Source of the DNA: Candidatus Latescibacterota bacterium
Lineage (GTDB): Bacteria > Latescibacterota > UBA2968 > UBA8231
DNA: 64,000 bases
Assembly: GCA_965221775.1 (NCBI GenBank)
Contig: CBDCSU010000006.1
Span: forward strand, 1,344,001 to 1,408,000
Direction of reading: 5' to 3'
Positions 55,396-64,000 of the stretch are shown piece by piece (the stretch's first letter is position 1; each line of letters begins with the position of its first letter). The notes below the pieces were generated by a model that worked only from the letters and a program-made list of their open reading frames with translations, was not told where the DNA came from and did no database searches. The translations under genes were made by a program, and so were the position numbers.

Positions 55396-55407
55396 GTGCC
55401 GCTCAAC

Positions 55408-55944
55408 TCAGCCCGCCTTCCCACCTCCGCGCAGCACCGCCTCGTAGGCCACCAGGGCCGCGGCGACATGCACGTTCATCGACGGCCCCTTGCCGTACAT
55501 GGGCACGAAAACGGCGCCGTCGCACAGGCCCAGGGTCGCCGGGTACACGCCCTTCGACTCGTTGCCGAGAACGAGGCAGACCTTCTCCGTGTAGGGGTAG
55601 TCCAGGAAGCACCGCGCCCCCCGGGCCGTCTCCAGGGCGACCATGTGGTAGCCCTCCGCCCGCAGGACGCGCATCGCCTCCTGCGTGTCGGCGATGACCC
55701 TCCACGGGACCCGCCGGTCGTGGCCGCGGGAGGTGCGGTCGATCTCCTCGTCGGGGGGCGCCGGGGTCCGGCCCGCCAGCACCAGCTCCCGGGCGCCGAC
55801 GGCGTCGGCCACGCGGAACAGGGACCCCACGTTGCGCGGGTCCTCCATGCTCTGCAGCAGGAAGGCGAGATCCGCCTTCGGGGGGTAGTCGCGGGCGGCC
55901 CTCTCGAAGAGGCGGCGGATCTCGACCTTGCGCAGGGGCAGCAC
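55408..55944 (-). CDS. TrmH/SpoU family RNA methyltransferase
   Basis: EDPRNVGSLFR.AD, LVLGNESKG, VPMYG..PSMNVHVAAA..YE; AAGGGAG RBS before GTG 55944. Confidence 0.9.
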   Translation of the reverse strand: MLPLRKVEIRRLFERAARDYPPKADLAFLLQSMEDPRNVGSLFRVADAVGARELVLAGRTPAPPDEEIDRTSRGHDRRVPWRVIADTQEAMRVLRAEGYHMVALETARGARCFLDYPYTEKVCLVLGNESKGVYPATLGLCDGAVFVPMYGKGPSMNVHVAAALVAYEAVLRGGGKAG

Positions 55945-56285
55945 GGCGGTCAGCTCCCTTCCCCGGCGGCCGGCTGGCGCCCTGCGGCGGCCGAGGACGA
56001 CCTCGTCCGGCCCGATGCCGCCGGGGTCCATCGGGCCCGGCCGGCATCGACGAGGAGATCGATGCCGCCTCCAGCGGACCGCGGCCAGGGGCAGGTCGAG
56101 GCGGCGCCGGTGCAGCCGCTCACCGCCGCCGCCGTCCCCGCGCCGAGGAGGGCGCCAACCAGCCGCCGGGGGACGCCCGCCGAGGACCGCTGTCCGTTCA
56201 TGGGTCCTGCCGAGGGAGGGGTTGGGAGAGGGACCGATTCCGCGGGCCTCCGGCCGGCGGACCGCAACCCGCCGGGGCGCCCCGT

Positions 56286-57005
56286 TCAGGCCCTGGGCAC
56301 CGTGCGCCGCACCCCGTTCTCGTAGACCACGTCGTACTCGCTCTCGGGGACGGGCAGGCTGCGGATGGCCAGCTCACCCTGGGTGATGAGCGGTTCCGAC
56401 TTGAGCAGCAGCTCGTCGAGGGACTCGGCGGGGCTGCGGCCGGTGGTGTCCAGCTCGATGAGCCGGTGCTTGTCGGTGAACAGGGAGGCGGCGACCTCGT
56501 CGGCGAAGCGCGCCTTCAGCTCGGCCACGTCCCCCGCCCGGATGACCTGGTACTCGTGCGGGTCCGACTCCATGCGCTCGGCGATGGCGTCGTCCGAGGC
56601 GGTCACGTGGATCAGGGCCACGTCGGGCAGCCGGGCTTCCAGCACCTGCACCTCGTAGAGACGGTGGTGCCCCTGCGCGTAGCGGGGGTAGTAGGTGTGC
56701 GCCGGATCTTCCCCGTAGAAGTCCGAGTAGATCCGCTCCTCGATATGCCAGCCGCCGATCATCACGTGATCGTAGTTCCTGATGACCTCGACGTGGTACT
56801 GGAGCTGCATGCGCTGCATGCGCTCCTTGACGTCGTCGGGGAAGTCGACGTAGCGGGCCCGCGACTGGGGACTGAGAGACGAGTCGGGAATGGTGAAGTG
56901 GTCGTCCACATGCACCCGCTGACTGCGCTGGCGGTAGTAGGCGGTGAGCAGGTCGATCAGGGTCGACTTGCCGGCGTACTCGACGCCGACGAAGACGCAA
57001 CGCAT
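56286..57005 (-). CDS. P-loop nucleotide-kinase-like protein (thymidylate kinase-like)
   Basis: GVEYAGKST Walker A; LIHVTAS; IELDTTG; AAAGGA RBS. Confidence 0.65.
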   Translation of the reverse strand: MRCVFVGVEYAGKSTLIDLLTAYYRQRSQRVHVDDHFTIPDSSLSPQSRARYVDFPDDVKERMQRMQLQYHVEVIRNYDHVMIGGWHIEERIYSDFYGEDPAHTYYPRYAQGHHRLYEVQVLEARLPDVALIHVTASDDAIAERMESDPHEYQVIRAGDVAELKARFADEVAASLFTDKHRLIELDTTGRSPAESLDELLLKSEPLITQGELAIRSLPVPESEYDVVYENGVRRTVPRA

Positions 57006-57090
57006 TCGTTGTCCTTTCCGTCGGAGAAACCTCGAGGTTCGGTTCGGTATATTAGTCAGCCCCCTGACGGCCGGCCACCACGGACACGGA

Positions 57091-58128
57091 ATGACGCAGC
57101 CCTCCGCAACGCCCCCCAAGGTGGGCGTGCTGATCGCCCAGTTGGGCACCCCCGCCGCCCCCGAGGCGCGGGCCCTGAGACCCTACCTGCGCCAGTTCCT
57201 CAGCGACCGCCGGGTCATCGATCTGAGCCCCTGGAGGTGGTGGCCGATCCTCCACCTCTTCGTCCTCACCCGGCGCCCGGCGCGCTCGGCCCGGCTGTAC
57301 CGCCGCATCTGGACCGACGAGGGCTCGCCCCTGATGGTCCACTCCCGGGCCCAGGAGCGGGGCCTGCAGGAGAGGCTCGGCGGCGCCTACCGCGTCGTCC
57401 TGGGCATGCGCTACGGCGAGCCCGGCATCGACTCGGCCATGGCCGCCCTCGCCGGCGAGGGCATCGAGCGCATCGTCGTCCTGCCCATGTTCCCCCAGTT
57501 CTCCTGCTCGACCACGGGATCGATCTACGACGCCGTCACCCGCGCCGCCTTCGGCCGCCGCTGCACCTGGTTCTTCGACCGCCGCCGCCGCATGCCCAGC
57601 CTGCGCTTCGTGCCCCCCTACTACGGCCACCCGGCCTACATCGACAGCCTGCGCGCCATCCTCGAAGAGCAGGCGGGGCAGCTCGATACCCCGCCCGACC
57701 GCTGGCTGATCACCTTCCACGGCATCCCCCTGCGATACGTGGAGGAGGGGGATCCCTACCGCGACCAGTGCGAGGAGACGGCGCGGCTGCTGGCCGCCAG
57801 CCTCGGCCTTGAGCCGGAGCAGTGGGTGCTGGGCTTCCAGTCGCGCTTCGGCAAGGAGGAGTGGCTGCAGCCGTACACCGAGGACCTCCTCGGCGAGCTG
57901 CCTTCGCAAGGGGCCGGCAGCCTGCTGGCCGCCTGCCCGGGATTCACCGCCGACTGCCTGGAGACGCTCGACGAGATCGGCACCGAGGGAGGGGAGATCT
58001 TTCTGGCGGCGGGGGGGCGGTCCCTGCACCTGGCGCCGTGCCTCAACGATCACCCGCGCTGGCTCGACGCCATGGCCGAGATCGTCCGCGCCGAGGCCTC
58101 CGGCTGGGTGGACGGCGCGGAAGGCTGA
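57091..58128 (+). CDS. hemH: Ferrochelatase
   Basis: GVLIAQLGTP, YL.QFLSD.RVI, SPL, MRYGEP, LPMFPQFS, FHGIP, FQSRFG..EWLQPYT, F.ADCLETL.EI, PCLND. Confidence 0.95.
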   Translation: MTQPSATPPKVGVLIAQLGTPAAPEARALRPYLRQFLSDRRVIDLSPWRWWPILHLFVLTRRPARSARLYRRIWTDEGSPLMVHSRAQERGLQERLGGAYRVVLGMRYGEPGIDSAMAALAGEGIERIVVLPMFPQFSCSTTGSIYDAVTRAAFGRRCTWFFDRRRRMPSLRFVPPYYGHPAYIDSLRAILEEQAGQLDTPPDRWLITFHGIPLRYVEEGDPYRDQCEETARLLAASLGLEPEQWVLGFQSRFGKEEWLQPYTEDLLGELPSQGAGSLLAACPGFTADCLETLDEIGTEGGEIFLAAGGRSLHLAPCLNDHPRWLDAMAEIVRAEASGWVDGAEG

Positions 58129-58140
58129 GCGGGGCCGGGG

Positions 58141-58815
58141 TCAGCCCCCGGAAGCGGAGGCCTCCACGCGCTGGCCGATCCAGTCGATCAACTCCCGCAG
58201 GCAATCCTCGTCGATCTGGTGGGCCATGGGGTACTCGCGCCAGGTGAGGTCGACCTCCAGCTCCTCGAGCAGGCCGCGCGTGGACCGCGCGTCGGCGATG
58301 GGGATCAGCGGGTCCACGGTGCCGTGGGTATGCAGCACCGGCTTGCCCTTCACCGCGGCCCTCACGCCCGGGTCCCGCGGCATGCGCCGCCTCGACCACA
58401 GGCCGCTCAGAAAGGCGACACCGGAGACCGACCGGGGCCGCGCCAGCAGCAGCTCCAGCGCCATTGCGCCGCCCTGGCTGAAGCCGAGGACGATCGTCTC
58501 CCCGTGGCCCCCCTCGGCCTGCACCGCGTCGAGGTGGCGCCCCAGCCGCGCCAGGGAGCGCTCCGCCTCCTCGTAGTCCCCGGCCAGGCCCACCCCCGTG
58601 ATTTCGAGGGGGAACCAGGCGTAGCCGCCCATGTCCAGCGGGACCGGGGCGCGAAAGCTGAGCACCCGCAGCCGCGGATCGAGGAAGTCCGCCAGACCGA
58701 GCAGATCGGCCTCGTCGCTGCCGTAGCCGTGGAGCATCACCAGCAGGGGAGGCGGGCCGGAGCCCGCGATCCTCGGTTCCCGTACCGCCGTGTGCAGGGG
58801 GGCCGGCTCGCTCAT
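58141..58815 (-). CDS. Phospholipase/carboxylesterase family alpha/beta hydrolase
   Basis: LHGYGS, GFSQGG, HGTVDPLIP, EYPMAH. Confidence 0.88.
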   Translation of the reverse strand: MSEPAPLHTAVREPRIAGSGPPPLLVMLHGYGSDEADLLGLADFLDPRLRVLSFRAPVPLDMGGYAWFPLEITGVGLAGDYEEAERSLARLGRHLDAVQAEGGHGETIVLGFSQGGAMALELLLARPRSVSGVAFLSGLWSRRRMPRDPGVRAAVKGKPVLHTHGTVDPLIPIADARSTRGLLEELEVDLTWREYPMAHQIDEDCLRELIDWIGQRVEASASGG

Positions 58816-60926
58816 TCGAGGATCACCTCCCACGCGCCCGCTCCCGAAAAGAGCAGGGTCACCGCCTCCGGACCGGCAGCGGTCTCGCGGACGCTCGCGT
58901 TGGGGTAGAGCTTCTCGTTGCGCCAGACGACCTCGCCGTTGACGCTCAGGGTTGGCCGTGGACGGCCGCCGCGATCCAGGACGAGAGCCGTCTCGCCCGC
59001 GCCTCCCGCCTCGAGCAGAACCGTCGTTCGCCGCACGCCTTCCACCTCGCCGGTCCGCCACTCCACGGAGAGGTCCCCCGCTGCGGTAGGCAGCCGGCCC
59101 CGGGCGGCGCCGGCCAGGGACAGGGCGGGCTCCACCCGGCGGCTCGCGAAGCCCGGCTCCGTCGGCGAGATGCCGAGAAGAAACCTGCCGAGAAGGTAGT
59201 CGGGGCCCGGGGCCGCGACGCCGGCCTCCGGTCCCCGCTTGTCGCGCCAGGCGGGGCCTTCTCGGCCCACGATCCGCAGCCACCAGGTGTCGATCACCTC
59301 CAGGGCGCGCGCCCCGTGCCCCGAGCGCCAGAGCCCCTCGGCCAGCAGCACCGCCTCGGCGAGGCCGGCCACCGGCGCCACCCCGGGGCCTCGCAGGGCC
59401 GCGGCCATGTGCGCCGACCGATCGTCGGGGGCGGCGCCGGCGGCCAGGACCAGCGCGTTGGCGCGCTGGCTGAAGCCGCCCTCGGAGCCATCGGCGTAAA
59501 GGCCCTGCTCGGGCCGCCACAGCCGCTCCAGGCCGGCCCGGGCCGAGTCGGCCGCCTCCCGGCAGCGGCCGGCGGCGGCGTCCTCTCCGGTCCGGCGGCA
59601 CAGGCGCTCCGCGGCGGCGGCGGCGGCCACCGCCTCGGCCAGGGACGCGGCGCCGGCCTCGGCGGCGGTCTCCCGCAGGGCGGTCTCCACGGCGGCCGGC
59701 AGCAGCCGCCCCAGGGTGTCGGCGTCGCCCGAGTAGTCGTGGTAGGCCTCCAGGCAGACCGGGAAAGGGCGGTCCCCGGCCAGGGGCCGGAGCGGGGCCG
59801 GGGCCCGCCCCAGGAGGGTGGCCCGGCCGGCGGCGAGGTGGCCGGTGCGCACGGCGTCGGCCAGCAGCAGGGCGCGGGTCCCCCACCAGTCGCAGGCCGC
59901 CGGCGGGGGACGGGTGAGGTAGGCGTCGAGGCGGCTGCCCTGCAGGGAGGGGGGACCCGCCTCCCAGGCCAGGTCGTGCTCCGGGGTGACGGACAGGGCG
60001 GCTGGCCCGCCGGCGGGGACGAAGCGCTCGCTCAGGGCCAGGCGCTCGATGGCGACCTCCTCCTGGAAGCCGCTCAGGCGCACGACCAGGTAGCGGCAGG
60101 GCACCGGCGTCAGCCCGTACCACTCCTGCCGGCCGGAGGCGCACACGTACCGCAGCCCGTGGTCGATATGCCCCCAGGCGGCCGCGGCGCCGATCTCGAC
60201 GACACCGCCCCGCCCCTCGCGCAACCGCAGACACGGATAGCCGGTGACGACGCGCCCGAAGTCGAGGACGAAAGCGACGGCCCGATGGTTGCCGGTGAGC
60301 ACCGAGGTCCGCCCCGTCAGGGCCAGCAGCTGGTCGCGATGGACGCACTTGCAGCCCCCCGGCCCCACGGAGGCCGGCGTGAAGGAGAGATCGCCTCCGG
60401 GGAGGGTTTCCTCGAAGACCGCGAAGCCGCGGGGGGCCGCCAGCCGCTCTTCGGCCCGCGGTGCTTCGTGCAGCACCTCGATCCCAGGGGCGGTCTCGAC
60501 GCCCTCCCAGTCCTCCTCCGCCGGGGGATCATCGAGGGCCGAGAAGCGATCGCCGCCGGTCAGCGGGAAGGCCTGCCAGCGGAGGTCCGACTCGACGGCT
60601 TGAGGGGGACCACCGGCCACGCCCTTCAGGCGGCCACGGCAGGCGAACCACGGAGCCTGGCCGCCGGGGGGTGACCCGACGACGGCGAGCATCTCGTGGG
60701 GGCCGGCCTCCAGCGCGCCTTCCAGCGCCAGGGGCTGCCACAGGGGGCGCTCGGCGAGGGCGCCGCCGGGGGCGCCGCCGGCCCGCACGCCGTCCACGTA
60801 GAGCTGCACGGGAGCGTTGGCGGCGATGCGCAGCCGGCCGCCGCGGCAAGGCCCCGAAAGGACCAGGCGGCGGCGCAGCAGGAGCGCGCCGCAACCGCCG
60901 CCGTGTCGGATGGGTCGATGGTTCAC
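58812..60926 (-). CDS. Alpha-L-rhamnosidase (GH78)-like protein, apparently degenerate
   Basis: LYVDG N-domain, LDFGR.VTGYP, RYL, YSGD, W.PEQGLYAD, SQRANAL, LGI.P.EPGF….V.P, G.LPT..G.L.VEW. Confidence 0.65.
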   Translation of the reverse strand: MNHRPIRHGGGCGALLLRRRLVLSGPCRGGRLRIAANAPVQLYVDGVRAGGAPGGALAERPLWQPLALEGALEAGPHEMLAVVGSPPGGQAPWFACRGRLKGVAGGPPQAVESDLRWQAFPLTGGDRFSALDDPPAEEDWEGVETAPGIEVLHEAPRAEERLAAPRGFAVFEETLPGGDLSFTPASVGPGGCKCVHRDQLLALTGRTSVLTGNHRAVAFVLDFGRVVTGYPCLRLREGRGGVVEIGAAAAWGHIDHGLRYVCASGRQEWYGLTPVPCRYLVVRLSGFQEEVAIERLALSERFVPAGGPAALSVTPEHDLAWEAGPPSLQGSRLDAYLTRPPPAACDWWGTRALLLADAVRTGHLAAGRATLLGRAPAPLRPLAGDRPFPVCLEAYHDYSGDADTLGRLLPAAVETALRETAAEAGAASLAEAVAAAAAAERLCRRTGEDAAAGRCREAADSARAGLERLWRPEQGLYADGSEGGFSQRANALVLAAGAAPDDRSAHMAAALRGPGVAPVAGLAEAVLLAEGLWRSGHGARALEVIDTWWLRIVGREGPAWRDKRGPEAGVAAPGPDYLLGRFLLGISPTEPGFASRRVEPALSLAGAARGRLPTAAGDLSVEWRTGEVEGVRRTTVLLEAGGAGETALVLDRGGRPRPTLSVNGEVVWRNEKLYPNASVRETAAGPEAVTLLFSGAGAWEVILE

Positions 60927-60990
60927 GGACGGTAGAACGGGATTGCCGTCGCCGCCGTCAAGCGGCCGGCCGTCCGCAGAGAGGTCGGAC

Positions 60991-62427
<1,437 letters not shown>

Positions 62428-62463
62428 CTTGGTTTCACCTCTTCTCTCAAGGGTTCGAAGTTA

Positions 62464-64000
62464 CTAGGACGAGGGCGCCCGGCCGCGGTTCCCGGCGGCG
62501 GCGGACTCGTGGTGGACGGTCATCTCCCCATCCTCCAGTCCGATGCGCACCACGTCGCCGTCAGCGATCTCCCCGGCGATCAGGGCCCGTCCGATGCGGG
62601 TCTCCAGCTCGTGCTGCAGGAACCGCTTGAGGGGACGGGCCCCGAAGACGGGATCATACGCCCGCCGGGCGATGAAGGTGCGCGCTGCCACGCTCATCTC
62701 CAGCTCGATCCGCCGGTCCGCGAGTCGCTTCCGCAGCTCGCCGGTCAGGAGCTCCACGATCCGCTCGATCTCGGCGACGGAGAGGGGCTTGAAGAGCACG
62801 ATGTCGTCGACGCGGTTGAGGAACTCGGGCCGGAAGTGGGCCCGCAGCTGGCCCATGACCCGGTCCTTCACCGGCCCCGGGATCTCGACGCCGCCCTCGG
62901 TGACGCCCTCCATCAGGTGCTGGGAGCCGATGTTGGAGGTCATGATGACCACCGTGTTCCTGAAGTCCACCGTGTGCCCCTGGGCGTCGGTGAGGCGGCC
63001 GTCGTCGAGGAGCTGCAGCAAAGCGTTGAAGACGTCGGCGTGGGCCTTCTCGATCTCGTCGAAGAGGACCACCGAGTACGGCCGGCGCCGCACCGTCTCG
63101 GTCAGCTGCCCGCCCTCCTCGTAACCCACGTAGCCGGGAGGCGCTCCCAACAGGCGCGCCACGCTGTGCTTCTCCATGTACTCCGACATGTCGATGCGCA
63201 CGACGTTGTCCTCGGAGTCGAAGAGGGCCTCGGCCAGGGTCCGGGCCAGCTCGGTCTTGCCGACGCCCGTGGGCCCGAGGAAGAGGAAGGAGCCGATGGG
63301 ACGCTTCGGGTCCTTGATCCCGGCGCGGGCGCGGATGACGGCGTCCGCCACCCGCCGCACCGCCTCGTCCTGGCCGACGACGCGCTCGTGGAGGATCTCG
63401 TCGAGGCGCAGCAGCTTCTCCCGCTCCCCCTCCACCAGGCGGGTCACGGGGACCCCCGTCCAGCGCGAGACGATCTCGGCGATCTCCTCCTCCGTGACCT
63501 CCTCGCGCAGCAGCCGGGACCCGCCCTCGCCGCTGAGCCCCGCCTCGCGCTCGGCCAGCTCGCGCTCCAGCTCGGGGAGGCTGCCGTACTTCAGCTCCGC
63601 CGCCTTGTTCAGGTCGGCCCGGCGCTCCGCCTCCTCGACCTCGCGGCGCACGCTCTCGATCCGCTCCCGCAGCTCCCGCACCCGTCCGATGGCGGCCTTC
63701 TCGTCCTCCCACTGGGCGCGCATGGCGTCGGCCTTGCCCTTGAGGTCTCCCAGCTCCCGGCGCAGGTCGTGGAGACGGGCGCCGCTGGCCTCGTCCTTCT
63801 CCTTCTTCAGCGCCGCCTCCTCGATCTCCAGCTGCATGAGGCGGCGCGTCACCTCGTCGAGCTCGGACGGCATGGAGTCGATCTCGGTGCGGATCGAGGC
63901 GCAGGCCTCGTCCACCAGGTCGATCGCCTTGTCGGGCAGGAAACGGTCGCTCACGTAGCGGTTCGACAGCACCGCGGCGCCGACCAGGGCGTTGTCCTGG
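62464..64000 (-). CDS. clpB: ATP-dependent chaperone ClpB (5' part outside the window)
   Basis: [15 protein letters not shown], long coiled-coil middle domain with [45 protein letters not shown]. Confidence 0.95.
   Translation of the reverse strand, partial: QDNALVGAAVLSNRYVSDRFLPDKAIDLVDEACASIRTEIDSMPSELDEVTRRLMQLEIEEAALKKEKDEASGARLHDLRRELGDLKGKADAMRAQWEDEKAAIGRVRELRERIESVRREVEEAERRADLNKAAELKYGSLPELERELAEREAGLSGEGGSRLLREEVTEEEIAEIVSRWTGVPVTRLVEGEREKLLRLDEILHERVVGQDEAVRRVADAVIRARAGIKDPKRPIGSFLFLGPTGVGKTELARTLAEALFDSEDNVVRIDMSEYMEKHSVARLLGAPPGYVGYEEGGQLTETVRRRPYSVVLFDEIEKAHADVFNALLQLLDDGRLTDAQGHTVDFRNTVVIMTSNIGSQHLMEGVTEGGVEIPGPVKDRVMGQLRAHFRPEFLNRVDDIVLFKPLSVAEIERIVELLTGELRKRLADRRIELEMSVAARTFIARRAYDPVFGARPLKRFLQHELETRIGRALIAGEIADGDVVRIGLEDGEMTVHHESAAAGNRGRAPSS

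Overview
GC-rich bacterial DNA, about 70% GC by eye and densely coding. The gene content (FlgD-Ig/T9SS-like C-terminal domains, a C-terminal 'SWGxIK' tail, DUF6785-like membrane proteins, expanded Gfo/Idh/MocA genes) suggests a Latescibacterota/Gemmatimonadota/Poribacteria-like organism; this is inference only. I call 44 CDS. (1) 3.3-25.7 kb is a co-oriented cell-envelope cluster: a parvulin-type lipoprotein chaperone, two paralogous ~900-aa exported proteins with Asp/Asn-rich loops and a beta-strand C-terminus, three exported paralogs ending in an FlgD-Ig-like domain and '-AY', a CBM9/DOMON-like exported protein, two GT-C+TPR membrane proteins and a DUF6785-like transporter, interrupted by a GNAT/DUF1778 toxin-antitoxin pair. 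This is the best candidate for an undescribed system. (2) A cytoplasmic catabolic region (1-3.2 kb and 25.7-53 kb) has four paralogs of an uncharacterised ~650-aa family, three GHL10-like TIM barrels, three Gfo/Idh/MocA oxidoreductases, assorted hydrolases and a MazF-type TA pair. (3) A lower-GC patch carries a pentapeptide-repeat gene and a nucleotidyl-cyclase-like gene. (4) Housekeeping genes follow (TrmH-family methylase, hemH, DegP-like protease, partial clpB). No rRNA, tRNA, CRISPR array or transposase was recognised. All family calls come from motif recognition by eye, without database searches.
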